From positions 1-64,000 of the forward strand of contig CAVZKL010000010.1 in the NCBI GenBank assembly GCA_963775895.1: a DNA stretch of 64,000 bases. The letters are read 5' to 3'. Position numbers and translations under genes: made by a program. Below, in pieces: positions 52,068 through 61,252 of this stretch (positions are counted from its first letter, which is position 1; each line of letters opens with the position of its first letter). The notes under the pieces are model-generated. The model worked only from the letters and a program-made list of their open reading frames with translations. It was not told where the DNA came from and did not search any database. The stretch is from Candidatus Bathyarchaeota archaeon (GTDB taxonomy: Archaea > Thermoproteota > Bathyarchaeia > Bathyarchaeales > Bathycorpusculaceae).

Positions 52068-52760
52068 CTAGTTTTGGCGTCTGCTCCAGCGCACACTTGC
52101 GGTTGCAATTAGGTTTAGTGTGATTATGACGAGTAGTAGCCAAGCGCTGAAATCAAAACCGAACCCTACGCCCATACTTTCCAAATAGCCTGAGGTCACG
52201 TGGTACACGGAATAGGCTAAAGGAAAACTGTACGTGAGAACACCGCCAGGAGAGATATTACCGGGCTTTAAGAGGCTGGCAACGGGAATCATCGTCCCCC
52301 ATACGTAAGCAAAAATACACGTGAGCCCCAGGATAAGACTGGTGTACAGCCCTTCCAGTTTTCCGAACTTGGACGCCTCAGCTTCCCAACCCCCGCGCAA
52401 CACCGCCAAGTTCAGAATTATCAGTGTTATGAGAAGGTAAGAAGTGATGTCTGGGAAAGCGAAGAGGGCCTGTCCTTGAACGTTCTGGCCTGTCACGTGA
52501 AAGATTGTGCTTATGCCCAGAAACCTGTAATCCAAGACTCCGCCATAAGCCCCTGCGTTGTCGGTCCAGTGAGTCCAGTAAACAAGTAAGTACATCGTGA
52601 CCACGTAGCTTACCAAAGAGCAAACAGCGATAACAAAGTTAATTAAAGTCAGGTTGCCATCCACGAAATCTTTCAATTCATCGGCGAAACTTTTCAATTG
52701 ATCCCCCGACGCGCGTTCTTGAAGCCCAACGCGTGGCTTCTCGCAATAGCCTATAGTCAA
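52068..52760 (-). CDS. membrane protein with internal two-fold duplication
   Basis: Repeated GGVL.Y.F...HVT...D...LL..I.LNL. Confidence 0.65.
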   Translation of the reverse strand: MTIGYCEKPRVGLQERASGDQLKSFADELKDFVDGNLTLINFVIAVCSLVSYVVTMYLLVYWTHWTDNAGAYGGVLDYRFLGISTIFHVTGQNVQGQALFAFPDITSYLLITLIILNLAVLRGGWEAEASKFGKLEGLYTSLILGLTCIFAYVWGTMIPVASLLKPGNISPGGVLTYSFPLAYSVYHVTSGYLESMGVGFGFDFSAWLLLVIITLNLIATASVRWSRRQN

Positions 52761-52861
52761 AGTCTAGCTTAACTGTTCCGCATCCGAAAGCGCGCGCGTC
52801 TTACCTGTATGCTAAGTTAGAAAAAAAGTTGAGGTTGGACGGTAAGGGAGTAGTTTCTGAG

Positions 52862-53191
52862 TCACTCGACAGGATTCCATATGCTCATCGAATATGCGCC
52901 AGGCACCACTAAAGCCAGGAATTCTGGCTGAAGCTTCGCTGTATAATCGGAGTGCATTACTCTGTTGAAGAACTTTTCACAGTCCGCCATGCTCTCGAAC
53001 TCCCACATTTCAACGTACCCACCATAGTTGCCGCCAAACATTTGAGCGAACATCTTGTAGGACTTCAGTTCCTTGAGCCACTTTGCAAAGAATTTCTTCC
53101 ACTTCTTCTTATATGCCGTGAATTCTGCTTGCTTTTCTGGTTTTATTACGTATGTTTCTACCATGAAGATAGACATTCTATCCCCATGCAT
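52862..53191 (-). CDS. NIPSNAP-like dimeric alpha-beta barrel protein
   Basis: ETYVIKPEKQAEF...YVEMWEFESMAD. Confidence 0.7.
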   Translation of the reverse strand: MHGDRMSIFMVETYVIKPEKQAEFTAYKKKWKKFFAKWLKELKSYKMFAQMFGGNYGGYVEMWEFESMADCEKFFNRVMHSDYTAKLQPEFLALVVPGAYSMSIWNPVE

Positions 53192-53266
53192 CTATTATGC
53201 CACTACAAGTTATATAATAACTTAAAGGAAATAACCGATCTCCTCAGTCTAGCGCGCGCTAAGTAT

Positions 53267-53677
53267 TTAAGCAGTAGCCTTTTTCCACTCGTTCATGAGG
53301 GAATCGTACAATTCGTCGCGTTCTTCTATGGCCTCGTACCAGTCCAAGTTTTTGGCGAGTTTCTGAGCTATAAGATGGTAACACATGTGCACTTGCCGGT
53401 CAAGCACGCGAAAGTAAAAGTCGTCGCAAGTGCAGAAGTCAGCTTCGGGCATTATAAGGTAGTCTCGTTCTCTTCCAACCACGATCCAAACAATTCTGCC
53501 GCTGGGTTTGAAAACGTACTTTTTCACCCTGTTCTCTTTCAGAGTTTCGAAGGCTCTCGTGAACCTCTGGCCGAAAATGTCGTAGAGCGCCGTTAGATTC
53601 TTGCCCGTCAGTTTGCCTTCTGCTTTTGCTTTCTTGCAGATGCCGTTGAGCAACTCGATCTCAGATTTTTCGTCCAT
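53267..53677 (-). CDS. SWIM zinc-finger protein
   Basis: WIVVG..RDY, CTCDDF...CYH. Confidence 0.85.
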   Translation of the reverse strand: MDEKSEIELLNGICKKAKAEGKLTGKNLTALYDIFGQRFTRAFETLKENRVKKYVFKPSGRIVWIVVGRERDYLIMPEADFCTCDDFYFRVLDRQVHMCYHLIAQKLAKNLDWYEAIEERDELYDSLMNEWKKATA

Positions 53678-53729
53678 CGATGTTGAACTACCTTGTCGGC
53701 GTTAAGCTTGCGGAGATATGCAGTCTTTT

Positions 53730-54329
53730 CTAATCTATGTGTATCGGTTCGCCTTTGGAATGTGTTTCATCTGTCAACTTGGGAAAAGTGACTTCCAAGA
53801 CTCCGTTTTTGTATCCAGTTTTTGCCTCTGTGACCCTTACTTTCGACGGTAGTTTTACTTCCTTGTAGTACTTGCGTTGTGGATTGTCAACTTCTATCGT
53901 AAGTGAATCTTCAGTTCCGCTCAACTTGATCTCATTCTTGTCAACGCCCGGCAGCTCTGCGACAACGTGGATTTCACCGTCAGTCTCGACAACGTCCACG
54001 AGCGGTTCTCTCTCTTGCTGGACTTGGGGCAACCCGCCTTTTGTCGGCTTGACGTTTCCGAACTCACGGATCTCAGGCTTTCCATCAGAGCCTAACTTCA
54101 CGCTGTAACCGTAAACAAAGGGCCCCCATTCACGGGCTGTTGAGCCGTCTGGCATCTTGCGTTCTCTGACGTAATCTTTTGGAATTCGCGAAGTGAAAGT
54201 CTTGAACTCGTCTTCCATCATCTTCTCCATTTCTTCAAACATCTTGTCAATGTCGTCAAAACCCCAATTATTGAAGAATGGGGAACGTTTCTTTTTGAAC
54301 CATTCGTGGGAGTCGTCTTCTGATGACAT
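53730..54329 (-). CDS. hsp20: small heat-shock protein Hsp20
   Basis: GPFVYGYS, EPLVDV, AELPGV, YKNGVLEV. Confidence 0.95.
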   Translation of the reverse strand: MSSEDDSHEWFKKKRSPFFNNWGFDDIDKMFEEMEKMMEDEFKTFTSRIPKDYVRERKMPDGSTAREWGPFVYGYSVKLGSDGKPEIREFGNVKPTKGGLPQVQQEREPLVDVVETDGEIHVVAELPGVDKNEIKLSGTEDSLTIEVDNPQRKYYKEVKLPSKVRVTEAKTGYKNGVLEVTFPKLTDETHSKGEPIHID

Positions 54330-54387
54330 TACATCACTGTTCTAGTCTGAGAAGACGTTTCTCTATAAGCGTTATGCCGATTATCGC

Positions 54388-55232
54388 CTAATTCAGTGTC
54401 TCAAGTTGCTCGAGTGTCCCGAGGAAGGTTCCGTCGAGAAGGTATGCTTCCGCATTTTTCATATCAACCGCTCCTGATCTTAGAACTGGACCCGCCACCC
54501 TTTCCGCATCATTCTTCTTCATCACCGCTTCTCATTCAAAGGTCTGCCTCCCAAAAAATCGTTGAAAGACGGCATTATGAAGAGCCGTGAGGTCTTCGCC
54601 TTTATCCTGTAATGTTTGCGAAGAGTGGCTTCGGGGCTATCGACGATTTTCAGCTTCTGTTTCTCTAGCAGAACCTTGGTAAGTTCGATCGTGTTGCAAC
54701 CTGCTTTGATCCAAACCTGCCTCGTAACGCGGAAACCCGCTGGGTCGCGAAAAGCGACCACTGGGTGGACGTGTCCCATGACGAGGGTCTTGCAACGGAG
54801 GAGGGATGGCGAGGGCCATTGGTGTCCGTGGAAGAATCCAACGTCGTTTAACGCTAACCCCGTGGCGGGGAGTGTTTTCACTTTTTCTGGTAGCAACGGG
54901 TCAAGGTTTCCATCGTGGTTGCCGCGAAGGATTAGTATTTCCTTGACGTGCTTGCGTAACTCTGTGAAGAAGTCTGGTACGTCTTTCCATTCTGCTTTCT
55001 CAGCGGTTGCCACGGTGTGTTTTACGTCTCCGAGAATCAGCAACTTTTGCGGGTTGTACATGAATAGCAAATCCAACAGTTTTTTCAGCAGCTTAGGGGT
55101 TTGGGTGGGAACGTGTATGCCTTCTTTTGAGAGGGCTATTTCCCAGCCTATGTGAAGGTCTGCGATAACTATCGTTCTCTCGTTGGCTACTCTGAGCAAT
55201 GCAGCTGGATAGGGTGGAAGCGGAGTTATCAT
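54388..55232 (-). CDS. calcineurin-like metallophosphoesterase (3' frameshift)
   Basis: ADLHIG, GDVKH, GNHDG, HGH, GHVHP, MPSFN; the tail YLLDGTFLG is in another frame. Confidence 0.85.
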
Positions 55233-56090
55233 TCTGTTTCCTTTTCAGACTTTATGAGACTGAGGATTCTCTTGTGTATATCTTTGTTTGCAGCGGCTAT
55301 TAGCTCCACTTTCTGTTTAGGATCAAGCCTAGCGTCCACCTCTTCTCCTTCGAGTGTGGTGATTATGGCGCCTGACTCCTTCACGATCAGCCATGCGGCG
55401 GCCATGTCTGTGGTTCGAAGTTTTCCGCGTATGTCGATGAACGCGTCAGTGGTGCCATCCGCAACATAGCACAATTCAAGCGCGTTGGCGCCAAAATGCC
55501 GCATGTGTTTGGCTTCTGCCATGAGTGCATTGAGCATTGGAGCCAGTTTTTGAATTCGGTAACTGTTGAGGTCGATGCCAATCACGCCATCCTCGACAGA
55601 GGAGTTTGTGGAAGGTTTTATTCTCTTGCTCTGACGGAATGCTCCTCCTCCTGCGTGGGCTGTGTACGTTATGTCGTGGAAGAGATCTGTCACTAGTGCC
55701 GTGTGAACTGTCGCCAGGGTTGGTTTGCTCGAAATCGCGATCGAAGTCGCGTAGAAGGGCACGCCTCTCATCAGGTTTGTGGTTCCGTCTATCGGGTCTG
55801 CTGTCACGTAGCACCGGTTCGGGCTCGTCGCCGTGCTCTATTATCCCTGACTCTTCACTTATCAGTGTGAACGTGTTTTCGTGTTTTTGCAGCGTTTGGA
55901 GTATCGCGTTTTCAGCTGCAAGATCTATTCTCTTGACCGGATCGCCGCCCGCGCCTATCCCTAAATCCGGTTGGGGCTGGTTTCTCTCACTCAGAGAGTG
56001 GCCTTACGCTCTTCCGAACGTTGTTTTTGCACTCGATGAGTATTTGTGTCCATCTGTCAAGCCGCGGCAACTCGTGTTCCCCGTTCTTCC
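55229..56090 (-). CDS. inositol monophosphatase / FBPase (frameshifted)
   Basis: GAGGD..K.ID, ISEESG, DPIDGTTN, R.FGANALE, DMAAA. Confidence 0.85.
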
Positions 56091-56250
56091 TTAGGGTTGC
56101 TTTTGATAAAGCCTTTGCTGGGCGAGGGAGTGTGCAACATGGATCTGCTGATGCTTGATTGTCGCCACCTGATGTTTGTTTTCCAGAATTTGCGAAACAA
56201 TTTTCTAGAAGAGACTTCTGAAACATGGTTTCCAAAACGCTTTAAACAAG

Positions 56251-56502
56251 ATGTGTGCAACGCTCTTCTGGCAGGGAGAGGGTACGCCTAAGAGAATTGC
56301 AGAGGTGCTCGAGATTCTTTACGATGGGCAATGGCATTTGACAGAGGAGATACGGAACAAGACGAAACTGACTGAAAATCAGGTCAAGCAGATAGCTGAT
56401 TTTCTTCAGAAATACGATTTTGTAGCAATTGACGAAGCTAATGATAAGGTCAGACTTAACGATGACGTGCGGAAATTCCTCAGGCAGACAACTACTCCAT
56501 AA
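56251..56502 (+). CDS. small winged-helix protein
   Basis: ILYDGQWH...FLQKYDFV. Confidence 0.6.
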   Translation: MCATLFWQGEGTPKRIAEVLEILYDGQWHLTEEIRNKTKLTENQVKQIADFLQKYDFVAIDEANDKVRLNDDVRKFLRQTTTP

Positions 56503-56776
56503 GCGCCTTCAGACCCTTGTACGCTCGGAGAAATTCTCTGCCTTTTGGCGTGACCTCAAACAGCCCGTCGGTAGCTTGTTCCTGCATTCTGATCATGTGC
56601 AATAACCCGTTGCTGAGCAGGAAGTGTGAGTAACTTTTCAGTTGTTTAAAGCTCAGGTTGCAGCGGTACATCAGGAAAGTCTTTTTGGCTCCTCCGTGTG
56701 AAGCGTCCAGAATGTCCGCGATTATGTCGAGGTTTCCTCGATGGTTGTTGCTGGCAGCACTTTTAGTCTCTATCAA
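56492..56776 (-). CDS. winged-helix (HTH_45-like) regulator
   Basis: DIIADIL...KTFLMYRCNLS...TPKGREFL. Confidence 0.85.
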   Translation of the reverse strand: MIETKSAASNNHRGNLDIIADILDASHGGAKKTFLMYRCNLSFKQLKSYSHFLLSNGLLHMIRMQEQATDGLFEVTPKGREFLRAYKGLKALME

Positions 56777-56928
56777 CGAAACTCCTCAGGCATAGCCCAG
56801 CTTGCTGGACTAACTCTTATTCCCTTCTCCGAGAGTAATAGCGCAGATACAACGATTTAAACGTTCTGAAAACTCGAAAAATCAGAGATTTGATGTTAAA
56901 TATGTTCAAAAACGGGTGATATGGTGCC

Positions 56929-57327
56929 TTAGACCATGCGAATTCTTTTCAGCACCTTTTCGGTGTCAGAGCCGTTTTCGAGGAAGATGCTGATCTTGTT
57001 CTTCTCCACGATGAGCGAGAGCATTCTGAGGGTCTTACCGTTGATGATGACGTCTTTCACGCCTTCCAAGTTGAAGAGTGTCGAGAGTTCTTCGGTTGAA
57101 TCGAACGTTGTAGAAGAAAGCAGTGCGTAGTCTATGATCTTCGCCGGGTCCTTGACGTCAATCGAAGCGGATGTGGTGTTTCTGAGGATGTAGCCGACGA
57201 CGCCGTCATAATTCCTTATTTCTTCCAAGTTTGCGCGCAAAGCGTTTTCGAACGCTGCGCTTTCAACTGCTATGGGTTCAGCTGTTACCGTTGCTTGAAC
57301 AGTGTCTTTCTTCTTCGGTTTTGGCAT
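56929..57327 (-). CDS. roadblock/LC7-like protein
   Basis: LEEIRNYDGVVGYIL helix-strand pattern. Confidence 0.6.
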   Translation of the reverse strand: MPKPKKKDTVQATVTAEPIAVESAAFENALRANLEEIRNYDGVVGYILRNTTSASIDVKDPAKIIDYALLSSTTFDSTEELSTLFNLEGVKDVIINGKTLRMLSLIVEKNKISIFLENGSDTEKVLKRIRMV

Positions 57328-57343
57328 CGTTTCTGTGTCTCCT

Positions 57344-58187
57344 TTATTCGACTACGGGTTTGACTCTTACGAGCTCACCCTTCTTGATGTCTAGGACGAG
57401 TTGCATCTTGTTCGGTATCTGGACTTTGCCCTGTCCTTCGAGCTTTGCGTCTTTGATTGGTTTGACTTTGCATCTGACCGATTTTCCGCCGAAGGTTTCT
57501 ATGTCTGCTTCTTCGATGATTTTGCCCTCGTAGATATCATTCCATTTTTCGATCAGTTCGTTGTCTATGCGCACGGTGTCTGACGGAGAAAGCAGGCCTT
57601 TCACGTCTTCAACGATGAACTGGTTTGCGGCCGGTTCAGGCAAGATCTTTTCCATTTTTTCTTCTTCTTTTTCCTCTGCCTTGGCCTCTTCTTCGCGGGA
57701 CGAATTCTTTCTTGTGAACAGGTTCTTCTTCGAGTTCCGCTGGTTCTTCGACTAACGTGCTCTTTGGTTCTGCTTCGAGTTTCTGTTCGGGTTCTGGCAA
57801 GTCACGGTTGAGGGGGCCCGGGGAGAGTTTCTCAAGCAGTCTGAGGACAGTCGGCACCAGGACGTGTGCCATGGTGTTGACGTATTTGGAGTCTGCTTTG
57901 TTAGAGGTTACTGTGACTAGGTAGATCTCCTCAATCTGAGAAACGTTCAGTCTTCCGTTGATGCCCTCGATTGTTAAGTCGTTCACTCCGCCTATGGCGT
58001 CAGTCTTTTCGAATATTTCGTTGAGCGCTTGGACGGCTCGGGTCAATGTGTCTTGAGTCGTGTTTTCGTCTTGAGCTATGATTTTGTGATTCTGATCGAG
58101 CATGAAGGCGTTTTTGATGTCTGGGCAGACTTTTTGCATTTCGTCCAGAGTGTTCTTTAGGGCAAACGTGTAGACTTCGTGGTCCAT
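57344..58187 (-). CDS. roadblock/LC7-like domain + acidic linker + double-psi-barrel-like domain (frameshift at about 57690)
   Basis: Overlapping ORFs 57636-58187 and 57344-57655; the linker reads EEAKAEEKEEEK in the second frame; C-terminal GKVQIP...LDIKKGELVRVKP. Confidence 0.6.
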
Positions 58188-58207
58188 TGTGGCTCACTTC
58201 TCATGTC

Positions 58208-58633
58208 TTAGGATATTCTGAAGAGTATTCGTTCAGGAACGCCGTCGTTCTCGACCACTAGGTACTTGAGGCCTTCAGTGTCTCCGAGCTGATCTAACCA
58301 TTTCAGCGCTTCGCGGGCTTTCTGCAGTACCAGGAGTCTTTCCTGATGGCTGCGTACGACCTGTTCTATCGCTGTCAGTTCATGGAACGGGTTTGCGTCG
58401 AGGACTATGCTCAAGGAGCCGATTGAGATTTCTCCCAAGCTTTCTGACGTGGCCTTCTTGCCCGCCAGTTTCATGACTACCTCATGTATCTTCTTCGATT
58501 TTTCGGCTAGCGCTCTGATATCGTCCAATCGACGTAAATACTCGCCTAGCCTACTTTTCGTTTCGGAGATTTCTTTATCCATCGTTTCTGCAATTTCTTC
58601 TGCTGAACCGTACTCTTTTATTGCAACTGCCAT
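58208..58633 (-). CDS. coiled-coil hypothetical protein
   Basis: 141-aa ORF with GGAGGTG RBS. Confidence 0.75.
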   Translation of the reverse strand: MAVAIKEYGSAEEIAETMDKEISETKSRLGEYLRRLDDIRALAEKSKKIHEVVMKLAGKKATSESLGEISIGSLSIVLDANPFHELTAIEQVVRSHQERLLVLQKAREALKWLDQLGDTEGLKYLVVENDGVPERILFRIS

Positions 58634-58722
58634 TTTTCATTACACCTCCAATTTTGGAAACAAAGGGAAACTGGGGAACTTTTTTTTAACCCTACCCCCC
58701 AATTCGATACGCAAAGGGGAAA

Positions 58723-59158
58723 CTAGCTGGGCGCTGTTGCAGTGTACAGGAATGGTTGCCTTTCGATGATCTAGTTCGACTTGGTAGCTGTAGCCGTTGG
58801 CACAATCTGCAGTCGTGTATGTTCAATTACGTGTCCTGGTTGGCTGGTATGCTCGCGGCAGTCCAAGCTGGGGTTGCCGTTGAAGACAGGTTTGGTCCAT
58901 TGTTCATGTGACTTCGTTTATCGTGACTGGATTCGTGCCAGTGTTTTTGCAACGTTATGGTTATCAGGCTGTTGACTGCGCCGGTCTGGGAAATTGCAGG
59001 TTTGTGATGTTGACTTGCTCTGTTGCCATGAAGTTGAATGTTAGGGCTCCCATCCATGCTGCGACGGCGATGCTGACTGCGACTGTGACTGCGATGAGGA
59101 TGATTGATGCTACTACGGGGCTTAGGGCTTTTCTGCTTTTGTTCATTTTTCTTTTCAT
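58723..59158 (-). CDS. archaeal type IV pilin (frameshifted)
   Basis: RKA/LSPVVASIILIAVTVAVSIAV class III signal; NTGT and SSKGN appear in other frames. Confidence 0.8.
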
Positions 59159-59354
59159 CCCTCCTTTTGGGACTGGTATGTATGCTAGGGGAAGTGACAG
59201 ATTTAAATCTTACGACTTACTACACCAGATTACTCATTTGCCAGAAACTGTAGAACACCAATACTCTCAATCTCAGTACAAGCATCAGAATAACGATTAA
59301 AGAAACATCTGGGAAGAAAGTGTGCAACAGCAGCGATTACGTATGCTCGTAGGC

Positions 59355-59693
59355 TTACGATTCCAGTTGATCGAAAAACTCAAGCAAGAGCTTCGCGACT
59401 TTCTCGCCCAACTCCGTCTTCTTGTAGAGTTTCTTCAACGGATCGATCTTTTCGCTCTTAGCAAGGCCAAGCTGTTCAATCTCGATCATCCGCGCGCGGA
59501 AGGTTCCATCGCTTAAAGTCAACTTGTTTTCACGCATGAAATCCTTTGCTTCCTTCCATTTCCCGCGGTTCATGTGGAGCAGTAGTAAGCAGTCTATGGA
59601 ATGGTCTTTTTCGAGCATCGCCTTTATCGCTGCCAACCTTTCATCCGTCAATACGTGTTTTGCCTTCTCCATTTCTCGATCTGTTTTCATCAT
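59355..59693 (-). CDS. winged-helix DNA-binding protein
   Basis: LSDGTFRARMIEIEQLGL...YKKTELG. Confidence 0.7.
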   Translation of the reverse strand: MMKTDREMEKAKHVLTDERLAAIKAMLEKDHSIDCLLLLHMNRGKWKEAKDFMRENKLTLSDGTFRARMIEIEQLGLAKSEKIDPLKKLYKKTELGEKVAKLLLEFFDQLES

Positions 59694-59912
59694 TACACCC
59701 GTTCTGTCATTTTCTGCTATCTGATTATACCGTACATCCTTAAAAGATTTAACCTATATTACGATTTATGACTTATTATACCGTTTTATAGCTTAATGAA
59801 AATGGGCTGGAAATGGTGGACTTTGTTGCATGTGAAAGGTGTGGACCCTGCTCAGAATCCAAACGTTAAATAGACAATTTGACGGTACACTTAGAAAGCT
59901 GCGAGTGGGAAG

Positions 59913-61202
59913 ATGCTGGATGTAAAGCTCATTCGAGAGAACCCCGAACTAGTCAGGACCAACTTGAGCAAGAGGGGAGATCCTCAAATTCTGAAAATGC
60001 TTGACGACCTGATCACTGGCGATCGCGATTGGCGTCAATCATTGACAAAACTCAACGATCTTCGGCACGAAAGAAGAAAGGCAACGGCCGACGTTGCTGT
60101 CGCAAAGAAGAAAGGCAAGACTGCGAACGATGAAATATCGAAAGCAAAGAACATCGACGCCGAAATCACGAAGCTGGAAAAGCAGGTGGACGCGTTCGAA
60201 CAGCAAATCCACGGCTACCTGATGCGTCTGCCAAACCTTCTCCACGAATCGGTTCCGTTTGGCAAGGATGAGAACGACAACGTTGAAGTGAAAAAGTGGG
60301 GCACCCCGCCGAAGTTCAGCTTCCCCGTAAAAGATCACATTGACTTGGGAACCAAACTGGACATAATCGACATCGAAAGAGCGGGAAAAATCGCTGGATC
60401 AAGGTTTTTCTACCTGAAGGGAGCGGCTGTTCTTCTCGACATTGCTCTCGTCAACCTCGCGTTGGACGAGCTGTTCGCTAAAGGCTACACCGCGGTTGAG
60501 CCACCTTATTTCATGAGGAGAAAACCCTACGAAGGAGTCGTGGCTCTCAGCGATTTCGAAGACGTGCTCTACAAGATCGAAAACGAAGACCTTTACCTGA
60601 TCGCCACTTCGGAGCATCCGATGGCCGCAATGTACATGGATGAAGTGTTAATGAGCGAAAATCTGCCTCTGAAACTTTGCGGATTCAGCACTAACTTCAG
60701 AAAAGAGGCTGGCGCACACGGAAAGGACACGCGTGGAGTGTTCCGCACTCATCAGTTCAACAAGATCGAACAGTTCATTTTCTGCAAACCTGAAGACTCG
60801 TGGAAACTGCATGAAGAGCTCCTTCGGAACGCTGAAGACCTTGTGCAGAAACTCGGTCTGGCTTATCGAGTCGTGAACGTTTGCACCGGCGACATCGGCA
60901 CCGTCGCGGCGAAGAAGTATGATGTCGAAGCCTGGATGCCCGCGCAGAACGCGTACAGAGAAATCATTTCTTGCAGTAACTGCACGGATTACCAGACAAG
61001 GAGACTGAACATCAAGTATCGGGACAAAGAGGGTGAAGCTCCGAAGGGATTTGTGCACACTCTGAACTCCACTGCTCTGGCCACTGGACGAACGATGGTT
61101 GCGCTGATCGAGAACTATCAGCAAGAAGACGGGTCAATAGTCATTCCTGAAGCTCTGAGGAAGTACATGAGCGGTATAAAGAAAATAAGTGCAAAACGGT
61201 AA
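59913..61202 (+). CDS. serS: serine--tRNA ligase
   Basis: LPN, LIATSEHP, FRKEAG, FRTHQFNKIEQ, SCSNCTDYQ, HTLNSTA. Confidence 0.98.
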   Translation: MLDVKLIRENPELVRTNLSKRGDPQILKMLDDLITGDRDWRQSLTKLNDLRHERRKATADVAVAKKKGKTANDEISKAKNIDAEITKLEKQVDAFEQQIHGYLMRLPNLLHESVPFGKDENDNVEVKKWGTPPKFSFPVKDHIDLGTKLDIIDIERAGKIAGSRFFYLKGAAVLLDIALVNLALDELFAKGYTAVEPPYFMRRKPYEGVVALSDFEDVLYKIENEDLYLIATSEHPMAAMYMDEVLMSENLPLKLCGFSTNFRKEAGAHGKDTRGVFRTHQFNKIEQFIFCKPEDSWKLHEELLRNAEDLVQKLGLAYRVVNVCTGDIGTVAAKKYDVEAWMPAQNAYREIISCSNCTDYQTRRLNIKYRDKEGEAPKGFVHTLNSTALATGRTMVALIENYQQEDGSIVIPEALRKYMSGIKKISAKR

Positions 61203-61252
61203 ACCTTTTAATACTATGACGTGAACTCTCAAGCTGCATTCGGAGGATCAAC

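Larger units (their letters stand above)
51936..52807. repeat. 18-bp direct repeat GCGCGCGCGTCTTACCTG flanking an 854-bp unit
   Basis: Identical copies at 51936-51953 and 52790-52807. Confidence 0.8.
41338..53259. mobile_element. putative GCGCGCGC-delimited gene-cassette array (main)
   Basis: 23 alternating (GC)n runs of 6-10 bp, almost all at gene or module boundaries. Cargo genes are small, unrelated and in mixed orientation. Confidence 0.65.

Noticed and set aside
41338-53259. CRISPR array
   Set aside because: The repeat is only 6-10 bp, spacing ranges from about 35 bp to over 1 kb, and no cas genes are present.
41338-53259. Classical integron or CALIN
   Set aside because: No intI, no recurring RYYYAAC...GTTRRRY attC after genes, and genes lie in both orientations.
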